From positions 2,918-42,917 of the forward strand of contig JAZSFX010000024.1 in the NCBI GenBank assembly GCA_045532455.1: 40,000 nucleotides of DNA, read 5' to 3'. Below, piece after piece: positions 29,267 through 37,605 of the stretch. The notes below the pieces were generated by a model, which was not told the DNA's origin, did not search any database, and saw only the letters and a list, made by a program, of their open reading frames with translations. A program made the translations under genes and the position numbers. This DNA is from Clostridia bacterium (GTDB taxonomy: Bacteria; Bacillota; Clostridia; UBA1381). Each line of letters starts with the position of its first letter. The stretch's first letter is position 1.

Positions 29267-29285
29267 AGCTATAGGAGGTAAAGTT

Positions 29286-30887
29286 ATGAAATCTGTTATC
29301 AGGAATTTATTAATCACAATAGTTGTGGGATTTATATACTTCTACGTATCACTTCCTGCACTTAATTTTTCGTCGGCTGATTTTTATACCTTTATAATTG
29401 TATTGTGTGTAGTATATATATTACTCACACTACTAAGCACGGGGACAATAAAACAAGCAGACGGAATTAAAGGGTATATAAAAACAATAGTAAAGCAATG
29501 CAAAATACCCGCAATAATAGTTCTGGCAGTTGTACTTGTGGGAATTATAGGCAGTGCGCTTTCGTGGGGGGTTTTCAGAGCCAATGACTATAAAAATCTC
29601 ATAAGCGTGCAAAACGGTAATTTTGCCGAGGAGGTTGCAGAAATATCCTACGATAAAATACCAATGCTTGATAAAGAAAGTGCAGAACGTTTAGGGGACA
29701 GAAAACTCGGTGAGCTTTCCGATATGGTAAGTCAGTTTGAGGTTTCAGACGATTATGCACAAATCAACCTTCACGGCAGACCCGTAAGAGTAACAACACT
29801 TGAGTATGCAGACGTTGCCAAGTGGCTCACAAACAACAAAAAAGGATTGCCTGGATATATTGTAGTTGATATGGCAGACCAAAGTGCCGAAGTAGTAAGA
29901 TTAGATGATGGAATAAAATATTCTCCATCGGAGTATTTTAACCGTAACATATACCGTCATTTGCGCTTTAATTACCCAACATTTATGTTCAGTACACCAA
30001 CCTTTGAGGTTGACGAAAATAATAATCCGTATTGGGTATGCCCAAGAATAGTAAAGAGAATTGGACTTTTTGGCGGAGTTGATATCGAGGGCGGTGTACT
30101 TGTTAATGCAATAACGGGTGAGTGCGAGTATTACGAGAACGTACCAAATTGGGTGGATAGACTATATCCTGCCGACCTGATTGTAGAGCAATACGACTAT
30201 TACGGAGCATATATAAACGGATTCTGGAACTATCTTTTTGGTCAAAAAGGCGTAACACAAACAACCTCAGGGTATAACTACATTGCAATGAACGATGACG
30301 TGTATCTGTATACAGGCGTAACGTCAACGGGCAGAGACCAATCCAACGTAGGCTTTTTACTCTCAAATCAACGAACAAAAGAAACTAAATATTATGCCTG
30401 TGCAGGTGCAACCGAAAACTCGGCAATGTCGAGCGCGGAGGGTGTTGTTCAACACTTAAATTACAGGTCAACATTCCCGCTGCTACTGAATGTATCAGGC
30501 GAGCCTACGTATTTTATGGCGCTAAAAGACAATGCAAGGCTTGTTAAAATGTATGCAATGGTAAATGTTCGTCAATATCAGATAGTTGCAACGGGTGCCA
30601 CGGTTGCAGAATGTGAAAGAGCATATATAAAACTGTTATCTTCAAATAATATAGCCGAAAATGCTATAACCGATGACGGTAACACAATCAGTGGTAAAAT
30701 CTTACAGATAAAGAGTGCAGTTGTAAACGGTAACACAAAATATTACCTCAAGCTTGAGGGTGGCGAAAACTATTATTCAATAAACGTTTCCGATATGGAG
30801 GAGGTAATTACTCTTAACGAGGGTGATACCGTAACATTGGAATATTCGGGTAGCGGTAATATACTGAAGATTGAAGCTCTAAGATAA
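29286..30887 (+). CDS. Hypothetical membrane protein: three N-terminal TM helices plus a roughly 430-aa extracytoplasmic domain
   Basis: 533-aa ORF with SD AGGAGG. TM segments fall at about residues 7-25, 33-53 and 74-97. I do not recognise a named family. Confidence 0.65.
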   Translation: MKSVIRNLLITIVVGFIYFYVSLPALNFSSADFYTFIIVLCVVYILLTLLSTGTIKQADGIKGYIKTIVKQCKIPAIIVLAVVLVGIIGSALSWGVFRANDYKNLISVQNGNFAEEVAEISYDKIPMLDKESAERLGDRKLGELSDMVSQFEVSDDYAQINLHGRPVRVTTLEYADVAKWLTNNKKGLPGYIVVDMADQSAEVVRLDDGIKYSPSEYFNRNIYRHLRFNYPTFMFSTPTFEVDENNNPYWVCPRIVKRIGLFGGVDIEGGVLVNAITGECEYYENVPNWVDRLYPADLIVEQYDYYGAYINGFWNYLFGQKGVTQTTSGYNYIAMNDDVYLYTGVTSTGRDQSNVGFLLSNQRTKETKYYACAGATENSAMSSAEGVVQHLNYRSTFPLLLNVSGEPTYFMALKDNARLVKMYAMVNVRQYQIVATGATVAECERAYIKLLSSNNIAENAITDDGNTISGKILQIKSAVVNGNTKYYLKLEGGENYYSINVSDMEEVITLNEGDTVTLEYSGSGNILKIEALR

Positions 30888-30902
30888 ATATGGTGAATAG
30901 GT

Positions 30903-31493
30903 ATGTATAAGATTAAGGAATGTATAATTGTAGAGGGTATGCACGATAAGATTAAGCTTTCTAATTTTATAGATGGTGTCATACTTGTTTTGCATGGCTT
31001 TGCAATATACAACAATAAGGATATGCAAAGCACCATAAAAAAACTTGCCGAGGAGATGGGTATTGTAATACTTACTGACAGCGACAGTGCAGGGTTTCGC
31101 ATACGTAATTTTATAAAACAAAATATTAAAGATTGTTATGTTAAGCATGCCTATATTCCCGATATAATTGGTAAGGAAAGACGAAAAAGACAACAGAGTA
31201 AGGAGGGACTTTTAGGAGTTGAGGGCATTGATGAGGATATAATAATAAAAGCTCTTATAGATGCAGGTTGCGAAATAAACGGAGAAAAACACACACCAAA
31301 GGAGAAAAAGCATATAACAAAAGCAGATTTAATGCGATTTGGCCTTTCAGGCAAAAGCGACTCCGTAAAAATGCGCGCTAAGCTCCTGAAAGAAATGGAA
31401 CTTCCGTCAAGGCTTTCCGCCAATATGCTCTTAGACGTACTAAATCAGCTTACCACCATTGATGAATTGGAAAAAATGTGTAGCAGATTATAA
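30903..31493 (+). CDS. Toprim-domain protein, RNase M5-like
   Basis: IIVEGMHD carries the Toprim glutamate and ILTDSDSAGFRIR the DxD motif, colinear with my recollection of B. subtilis RNase M5 (VVEGRDD...LTDPDFPGEKIR). It has a longer C-terminal region. Confidence 0.7.
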   Translation: MYKIKECIIVEGMHDKIKLSNFIDGVILVLHGFAIYNNKDMQSTIKKLAEEMGIVILTDSDSAGFRIRNFIKQNIKDCYVKHAYIPDIIGKERRKRQQSKEGLLGVEGIDEDIIIKALIDAGCEINGEKHTPKEKKHITKADLMRFGLSGKSDSVKMRAKLLKEMELPSRLSANMLLDVLNQLTTIDELEKMCSRL

Positions 31494-31549
31494 TTTAATT
31501 GCATATAATAATATACAACCCAATATTAATATATCAAGAGGTGGCTGTT

Positions 31550-31780
31550 ATGGATATGCAAAATATAAATAATGTCTTAAAGAATTTAAACAAAAATCAA
31601 ATAGAGGAAATAAATCAGTTTTTAAACTCCTCAAAGGGACAAAATATAAAAAATAAACTTAACTCCGCAAATAAGGAGCAATTAATAAAGGAACTGTCAA
31701 AGCTTGACCCAAATGTTGTAAATAATAAACTGAAAAATCTGTCATCATCAGACCTCGTCAGGATAATGAGAAATCTGTAA
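31550..31780 (+). CDS. Hypothetical small Asn/Lys-rich helical protein (76 aa)
   Basis: ATG 31550 follows AGAGGTGG. The ORF-track start at 31499 lacks an SD. About 17 Asn in 76 residues by hand count. No family recognised. Confidence 0.5.
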   Translation: MDMQNINNVLKNLNKNQIEEINQFLNSSKGQNIKNKLNSANKEQLIKELSKLDPNVVNNKLKNLSSSDLVRIMRNL

Positions 31781-31800
31781 TTGACTGTGGAGGTGATAAT

Positions 31801-32106
31801 ATGGCAGATGCAATGGAAACATTAAAAGGTCTTTTAGGCGACGGTGCAGAGGATAAAATTAAAAATGTAATGTCATCTTTGGGCGGTGGCTTAGATGGTG
31901 GTACCAACATAATAAATAGCGACGACTCTCTGGAGTATCTTTCGCAAATCCGCGATATAGCATCAAGGCTTGGTAACTCTAACTCCGACCCGAGAACAAA
32001 TCTTCTTATGTCTCTAAAACCGTATATGCGCTCAAAAAGACAAGGGTCAATAGACTCGGCAATAAAGCTTTTAAATCTTGCTAAGCTTGCAGTGTTGTTC
32101 AAGTAA
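31801..32106 (+). CDS. Hypothetical small protein (101 aa)
   Basis: GGAGGTG SD 6 nt upstream. Gly-rich centre (SSLGGGLDGG) and a C-terminal amphipathic segment LKPYMRSKRQGSIDSAIKLLNLAKLAVLF. Confidence 0.6.
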   Translation: MADAMETLKGLLGDGAEDKIKNVMSSLGGGLDGGTNIINSDDSLEYLSQIRDIASRLGNSNSDPRTNLLMSLKPYMRSKRQGSIDSAIKLLNLAKLAVLFK

Positions 32107-32127
32107 TTTTTTTGACGGAGGGGTAGT

Positions 32128-32394
32128 ATGTATCGAAGCTATAGCTACAACGATATGCCAAAGCCGATAATGCACACATACGAAGAAAAACCTCATAAAA
32201 AAGAATGTAAGGAAGAAAAAAACGAAAAATCCGTATGCAAAAAAGACGAAAAACACAATGGTATTCTTGCAAACTTAGAAACAGACGATTTAATATTACT
32301 GATAGTGATATTAGCACTTATAATAGACGATTGCGATGATAAGATACTTCTCATCGCTCTGGGATTTATATTTATATGTCAGTTTTTAGATTAA
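32128..32394 (+). CDS. Hypothetical small protein (88 aa): charged Cys/Lys/Glu N-terminus plus two short acidic-capped hydrophobic segments
   Basis: GGAGGGG SD. The C-terminus has DDLILLIVILALII followed by DDCDDKILLIALGFIFICQFL. Confidence 0.55.
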   Translation: MYRSYSYNDMPKPIMHTYEEKPHKKECKEEKNEKSVCKKDEKHNGILANLETDDLILLIVILALIIDDCDDKILLIALGFIFICQFLD

Positions 32395-32426
32395 AAAAAT
32401 CAGCAGTTTTACTGCTGATTTTTTTT
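32394..32426. terminator. Bidirectional Rho-independent terminator between convergent genes
   Basis: AAAAAAATCAGCAG, loop TTTTA, then CTGCTGATTTTTTT. This is a perfect 8-bp GC-containing stem flanked by an A-run and a T-run. The stop codon of the - strand EamA gene (32409-32411) lies in the loop. Confidence 0.85.
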
Positions 32427-33278
32427 AAATAACCTGTAACATTCGCTAAACATCGCACCGCCTATAATGCATATAGCACCTACAATCTGCGGTGGCGACA
32501 TTCTCTCGCCCAAAAGGATTACCGCAAAAATAACTGCCGACAGTGCCTCTAAATACCCCAATATAGCCACCGACTGTATTGGCAGGCGCGATATAGAAGA
32601 AAAGAACAAATAGCAGGCAAAACCTGTGTTTATAAGTCCTAAAAGTAATATCCAGCCTATATCGCCTGTTTCGACACTGAAGTTATATCCCGTTTTAAAT
32701 CCCATAAATATTAAAAGTGTAAAAAATGCGCTAACAATCTGAATTGCTGAATTTTCAAACCCCGTTACATTGGTGGATTTTTTATTGAACATAACCATAA
32801 ACGAATATGTAAGTGCACTCATAAGTCCGCAGAATACACCCCACACGTTTATATCAGCGCCCGATACTTTGCCGTTAATAAGCAGTATGCCCACAAATAC
32901 AACAACAAATCCTAAAACCTTTTCAAACGTCAGTTTTTCGCGGAACAGTATAGGGGATAAAACCATAACTATAACAGGTCCGCAATAATATGTAAGTGCG
33001 CCAAGACTCACACCTATTTGCGCGTATGCCTCGTACAAAAAGCACCAGCTTGTTCCCATCGCAATTCCCGAAAGGATAATAAAGATGAGGTCTTTTTTGT
33101 GCTTTGTAAAGGTTATCTTCTGGCGTGTTATAAAGAATGCGCCAATAAGAAACAGACTTCCCAATAATGTTCTGAAAAATACTATCTCGTAGCTTGTTAG
33201 CGCAATATTACTTGCTACAACTCCGTTTGAGCCGAACAGCAGTAACGAGAGAATATGTTTTGTGTATTCCTTTTTCAT
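32409..33278 (-). CDS. EamA/DMT-family transporter
   Basis: 289-aa polytopic hydrophobic protein with the two-repeat EamA architecture. SD AAGGTGA upstream. Confidence 0.8.
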   Translation of the reverse strand: MKKEYTKHILSLLLFGSNGVVASNIALTSYEIVFFRTLLGSLFLIGAFFITRQKITFTKHKKDLIFIILSGIAMGTSWCFLYEAYAQIGVSLGALTYYCGPVIVMVLSPILFREKLTFEKVLGFVVVFVGILLINGKVSGADINVWGVFCGLMSALTYSFMVMFNKKSTNVTGFENSAIQIVSAFFTLLIFMGFKTGYNFSVETGDIGWILLLGLINTGFACYLFFSSISRLPIQSVAILGYLEALSAVIFAVILLGERMSPPQIVGAICIIGGAMFSECYRLFKKNQQ

Positions 33279-33334
33279 AAATAATCACCTTAATTAACAA
33301 ATTAAGGTGATTATACCATATTTTTATACTTTTT

Positions 33335-35884
33335 TCAATCCTTTTTACCTAAAATTTTACTTGTTTCTACAATAACAAGCGGTAAAAGTGATAATATTGC
33401 AACAACAAACCACTGCATAGCTGATAGTGGAACTGCCTCAAAAACACGTGCAACAGGTGCAATAGAAATAACACCAACCTCTAATATTACCCCAACAATG
33501 AGGGATAATATAAGATACTTATTCTTAAAAAGTCCTGCTTTAATAACCGAAGTTTCACTGCGCATATTAAATGCATGAACCAACTGCGACATCGAAAGAA
33601 CTGCAAAAGACATTGTTTTACCTACAAGAATGTTTTTGAATACATTTGTACCAATAGAGAATGCCAGCAGTGCAAGCGCACCTATCATAAGTCCCTCAAA
33701 CAGTATATCTCGCCATAATCCGCCTGAGAACAAACTGTTTTTTGGTGGGTTTGGCGGTCGTTTCATTATGTTTTCGTCAGACGGGTCAAGACCTAACGCT
33801 ATTGCAGGGAGTGAGTCTGTTACAAGATTAACCCACAAAAGAGAAATTGCATTAAGCGGTGAGGAATACCCAAAAACAATGCCCGAAAATACAGTTAATA
33901 TTTCTCCAATGTTGCTTGAGAGCAAAAACTTAACTGCCTTTTTAATATTATCAAAAATACCTCTGCCAACCTTTATTGCACCCACAATAGTTGCAAAGTT
34001 ATCATCAGTTAAAATTATATCCGAAGCATTTTTTGCCACCTCTGTACCGCTTTTTCCCATAGAGCAACCAATATCTGCGCAAGATAAGGCAGGAGCGTCA
34101 TTTACACCGTCGCCCGTCATGGCAACAACCGCACCGTTTTGTTGCCACGCCTTTACAATACGTACCTTATGCGAGGGTGTAACACGTGCAAAAACTCTGT
34201 ACTCCTTTATGCATTTTTTTAAATCATCATCGGATAGCTTATCAAGCTCATTGCCACTCATTACCTTTTCATTATCTAAAATCCCTGTTTGTTTTGCAAT
34301 GGATATCGCAGTGCCAATATTATCGCCTGTTATCATAACAGGAGTAATGCTTGCATTTTTACAAATATCCACAGAGAGCTTTGCCTCGTCGCGCGGTGGG
34401 TCTTCTATGCCTAAAAGACCTATAAACACCATATTATCCATATTCATATTAGTGGTAGCATTGTCCTTGTACGCTACTGCAATAACACGAAGCGCACTTG
34501 ATGTCATATTTTGATTTTGAGACAGAATATTCTTCCTCTCCTGAGGTGAAAGGGGAACAGATTTTCCGTTCTTTAAAATTGACGTACATTCAGGTAAAAT
34601 ATATTCCAATGCACCTTTTGATATAAGTCTGTTGTTTGTGCCTTTATGGCACAGAACACTCATGGTTTTTGTGTCGAAGGAAAACGGTATTTCCTTAATC
34701 TTTTTAAATTTAGAATTTAATTCATCAATATCAATACCATTTTCTTTTGCCCATTCCAATATTGCCAGATCTGTAGGGTTTCCTATGGTATCACTGCAAA
34801 GTGTTGCAGATTTTAACAGCATTTGATTATCGTTTGTATGGAATTTAGTTACGTGCATTTCGTTTTTTGTGAGTGTACCTGTCTTATCGGTGCATATTAC
34901 TGAGGCAGAGCCAAGCGTTTCAACAGATGGCAGTGTCCTCACAATCGCATTTTTAGATGACATTTTCATAACACCTATTGCAAGCATTATAGTAACTATT
35001 GCAGGCAACCCTTCGGGTATTGCCGCTACTGCAAGGGATACTGATGTCATAAACATTTCAAGGGGGTTAAGGTGTTCAAAAATACCTATTATAAAAATTA
35101 TAACACATATAATAAGTGCGGCAATACCAAGAATTTTACCCGTATTATTAAGCCGTTTCTGGAGTGGTGTTTCGAGTGTTTCCTCCTGCGAGAGCATAGC
35201 GGCAATTTCGCCTACCTCTGTTGCCATACCTGTTTTTACAACAATACCTTTTCCTTTTCCACCCACAACGTCGGTTGACGAAAACACCATATTTATTCTG
35301 TCCCCCAAGGGAGTGAATTTGGACAGTGTTTTTTTACAATCCTTACCACGTGGTACAGACTCACCTGTAAGTGATGCCTCTCTTAAAAGGAGTGAGTTAT
35401 TTTCAATCAATCTGCAGTCTGCGCACACAATATCACCCGTTTTAAAGAGCAATATATCTCCGCAAACTATTTGTGAACTGTCTATTACCATTTCCTTTCC
35501 GTCGCGTATAACGCGCGCTTTGGGTGATGATAATTTTTTTAAAGCATCAATGCTTTTTTGTGCGCGTGATTCTTGTGTTAATCCTAAAATTGCATTCAGT
35601 GTTACTATTGCAAGAATAATAAGCGGTTCAACGATGTCGGGGTTTTTGCTTATTAACGACGTTATGTACGAAAGAATTGCCGCACCAATCAACAATAGTA
35701 TCATAAAATCGTTAAATTGTGCAAAAAATCTTGCAATGAGTGATTTTTTCTTTTTTTCGGATATTACATTTTCTCCGTTTCTTTCAAGACGTGCCTTTGC
35801 CTCGGCACTGTCAAGCCCGTCTTTTATGCTTGTTTTAAAATGCTCAGCAGTTTGGGTTATGCTCATAGTATGAAAATTTTTCAT
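33335..35884 (-). CDS. Calcium-type (IIA, SERCA/YloB-like) P-type ATPase
   Basis: DKTGTLT phosphorylation site, TGES, TGDGVNDAPAL, AIPEGLPA (TM4) and NLVTDSLPA (TM6), the motifs typical of Ca-ATPases. 849 aa. Confidence 0.9.
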   Translation of the reverse strand: MKNFHTMSITQTAEHFKTSIKDGLDSAEAKARLERNGENVISEKKKKSLIARFFAQFNDFMILLLIGAAILSYITSLISKNPDIVEPLIILAIVTLNAILGLTQESRAQKSIDALKKLSSPKARVIRDGKEMVIDSSQIVCGDILLFKTGDIVCADCRLIENNSLLLREASLTGESVPRGKDCKKTLSKFTPLGDRINMVFSSTDVVGGKGKGIVVKTGMATEVGEIAAMLSQEETLETPLQKRLNNTGKILGIAALIICVIIFIIGIFEHLNPLEMFMTSVSLAVAAIPEGLPAIVTIMLAIGVMKMSSKNAIVRTLPSVETLGSASVICTDKTGTLTKNEMHVTKFHTNDNQMLLKSATLCSDTIGNPTDLAILEWAKENGIDIDELNSKFKKIKEIPFSFDTKTMSVLCHKGTNNRLISKGALEYILPECTSILKNGKSVPLSPQERKNILSQNQNMTSSALRVIAVAYKDNATTNMNMDNMVFIGLLGIEDPPRDEAKLSVDICKNASITPVMITGDNIGTAISIAKQTGILDNEKVMSGNELDKLSDDDLKKCIKEYRVFARVTPSHKVRIVKAWQQNGAVVAMTGDGVNDAPALSCADIGCSMGKSGTEVAKNASDIILTDDNFATIVGAIKVGRGIFDNIKKAVKFLLSSNIGEILTVFSGIVFGYSSPLNAISLLWVNLVTDSLPAIALGLDPSDENIMKRPPNPPKNSLFSGGLWRDILFEGLMIGALALLAFSIGTNVFKNILVGKTMSFAVLSMSQLVHAFNMRSETSVIKAGLFKNKYLILSLIVGVILEVGVISIAPVARVFEAVPLSAMQWFVVAILSLLPLVIVETSKILGKKD

Positions 35885-35979
35885 TTAATTTCTCCTCTTT
35901 ATAGCTTGTTTTATAGATAAATATTCGAAATAAAAAAGCAATATTACTTATTTGTATTCAAAATGTAAACAAAATGTTT

Positions 35980-36008
35980 TTGAATATTAAAATATAGTGT
36001 GGTATAAT
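35980..36008 (+). promoter_or_regulatory. Near-consensus sigma-A promoter for the 36071 gene
   Basis: TTGAAT at 35980-35985, a 17-nt spacer, TATAAT at 36003-36008, and TG at 36000-36001 (extended -10). Confidence 0.6.
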
Positions 36009-36070
36009 CAAAGTGAAAATAATTTATGTCCCCATTGCATAAAGGGACACAAAAAACAGGAGGTTTTAAA

Positions 36071-36748
36071 ATGGCACGAAAAGCAAGAGAAAAAAGCGCA
36101 ACGGGAATGTATAACGTAATAATAAAAGGCTCAGTATCATTATTTAACACCGACGAGGACTACGACTTCTTTATAGAAATAATGCAAGACTACATAGACG
36201 AAATTTATGCCTTTGCAATTACACCATCAGCAATATGTATTGCTATGAAGGAAACTGGCAAGGGAATAGGTATGGACCTTAAACCGCTTATGACAAAGTA
36301 CGCAAGATACTACAACAAAAACAACAACCTTGAGGGCAAGCTTTTTGCAGACAGATTCAAGAGCGAGCCTATCGAAAGCGATAAGGAACTAAAGAACAGT
36401 GTTGCATTGATTGAGGACTTACTATCACTTACAAACTCAGACGGTTACACAAGTGTAAACGGTGATGGTAAATACGAAATGATTGAGTTTTATTCATCAC
36501 TGACAGGCAAAAAAGCAGTAGAAAAGAAAAAGGCACAACCTAAAAAGAGTGCGGTAAAGAAATCTGCACCTGCAACAAAGAAATCAACACCTGCTAAAAA
36601 AGCAACCACAACTGCTAAAAAGACTGTTGCACCCAAAAAGACAACAACACCAAAACCAGTAAAGGCGGTTGAAACTGTAAAGGAAGAAGCGCCGAAAAAG
36701 AGTGAGGAAAAGAAGAGAAACAACTCACTGCCAACTTGGCTTTTGTAA
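36071..36748 (+). CDS. IS200/RAYT-like (Y1 HUH transposase fold, COG1943-like) domain lacking the catalytic residues, fused to a histone-H1-like Lys/Ala/Pro/Thr-rich tail
   Basis: The N-terminus MARKAREKSATGMYNVIIKG and the LFADRFKSEPIESD block match the conserved Clostridial COG1943 pattern as I recall it (MARKAR..S.SGIYH.MLRG; LFQDRFKSEPV..D). The HUH position reads PSAICIAM, and no YIHQNP-type tyrosine motif is present. The last ~80 aa contain about 24 Lys, mostly as KK pairs. ATG 36071 follows CAGGAGG. Confidence 0.6.
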   Translation: MARKAREKSATGMYNVIIKGSVSLFNTDEDYDFFIEIMQDYIDEIYAFAITPSAICIAMKETGKGIGMDLKPLMTKYARYYNKNNNLEGKLFADRFKSEPIESDKELKNSVALIEDLLSLTNSDGYTSVNGDGKYEMIEFYSSLTGKKAVEKKKAQPKKSAVKKSAPATKKSTPAKKATTTAKKTVAPKKTTTPKPVKAVETVKEEAPKKSEEKKRNNSLPTWLL

Positions 36749-36802
36749 AGATAATTTTTGCATAAAAAAGTGTTCTAATACATAAATATATCACATATAA
36801 TA

Positions 36803-36835
36803 ATAGTACAGGCTATGTGGTCTGTACTATTTTTG
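36803..36835 (+). terminator. Rho-independent terminator after the 36071 gene
   Basis: ATAGTACAG at 36803-36811 pairs with CTGTACTAT at 36822-36830 across a 10-nt loop, followed by TTTT. Confidence 0.6.
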
Positions 36836-36849
36836 TAGGAGTGATTTTA

Positions 36850-37605
36850 TTGAGTTTTGTTGTGATACGCCTAAGGCGTGTACTTCCTTATGTTGCGATT
36901 GTGGCGTCGATTCCGTTTATATTTATGTTCTTTACAAAAAGCATACAGGTTTTTAATGTGAACGGACGTGAAATACCAATATACTGTGTTGAACGTAACG
37001 ATAATAAAATAGCACTGACCTTTGACTGCGCGTGGAATGACGATGATATAGATATAATTTTAGACACCTTAGACGAATATAATTGCAGAGCAACTTTCTT
37101 TGTTGTAGGCGATTGGGTAGAAAAATATAGCGAAAGTCTTGTAAAAATACATAACAGGGGACACGAAATCGGCAATCATTCCTATAACCATAAGGATTAC
37201 ACAAAGCTATCTGCAGAGGAAATATCGCACGACCTCGAAATATGCGATAACGTTATAGAAAACATAATAGGTGTCAAACCGTCGCTTGTACGTGCACCGT
37301 CGGGCGCATATAACAATACCGTTATAAAAACGTGCGAGGACAGAGGGAATACATATATACAATGGTCTGTAGATTCAATAGACTATGGCGATGCAACTAT
37401 ATCGGGAATTATTGAGCGTGCCACACGGAATGTAAAAGCAGGGGATATTATCTTACTGCATAACGGCACAACGTATACCGCCGAGGCACTTCCTCAAATT
37501 CTCGAAACATTATCAGAAAAATTCGAATTTGCAACAGTGTCAAATATAATTTATAAAAATAACTACGAAATAGACCATACAGGTATGCAAAAAAGAATAA
37601 AATGA
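36850..37605 (+). CDS. Polysaccharide deacetylase (NodB homology domain; PdaB-like), N-terminal membrane anchor
   Basis: LTFDCAWNDDD, RATFFVVG, GHEIGNHSYNH and LLHNG motifs. I prefer TTG 36850, with AGGAG 8 nt upstream and downstream of the terminator hairpin, over the ORF-track GTG 36817, which lies inside the hairpin. Confidence 0.85.
   Translation: MSFVVIRLRRVLPYVAIVASIPFIFMFFTKSIQVFNVNGREIPIYCVERNDNKIALTFDCAWNDDDIDIILDTLDEYNCRATFFVVGDWVEKYSESLVKIHNRGHEIGNHSYNHKDYTKLSAEEISHDLEICDNVIENIIGVKPSLVRAPSGAYNNTVIKTCEDRGNTYIQWSVDSIDYGDATISGIIERATRNVKAGDIILLHNGTTYTAEALPQILETLSEKFEFATVSNIIYKNNYEIDHTGMQKRIK

Noticed and set aside
33630-35873. Two long + strand ORFs (33630-34514, 294 aa; 34869-35873, 334 aa) opposite the P-type ATPase gene
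   Set aside because: They are Ser/Ile/Pro-rich low-complexity translations with no SD or recognisable motif. They lie antisense to a gene with unambiguous P-type ATPase motifs, so they are typical shadow ORFs.
36506-36745. Imperfect tandem repetition (AAA/AAG-rich, repeated KK-x-x-P/A units) considered as a possible repeat array or CRISPR-like feature
   Set aside because: It is in frame within an ORF and encodes a low-complexity Lys/Ala/Pro/Thr tail. The units are not regularly spaced or identical at the DNA level. No CRISPR-like repeat-spacer structure exists anywhere in the window.
36071-36748. Calling the HUH-like gene an IS200/IS605 mobile element
   Set aside because: The catalytic HUH and Tyr positions appear substituted. 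There is no tnpB partner, and I see no subterminal hairpin ends or flanking repeats. Instead it has an ordinary promoter and terminator.
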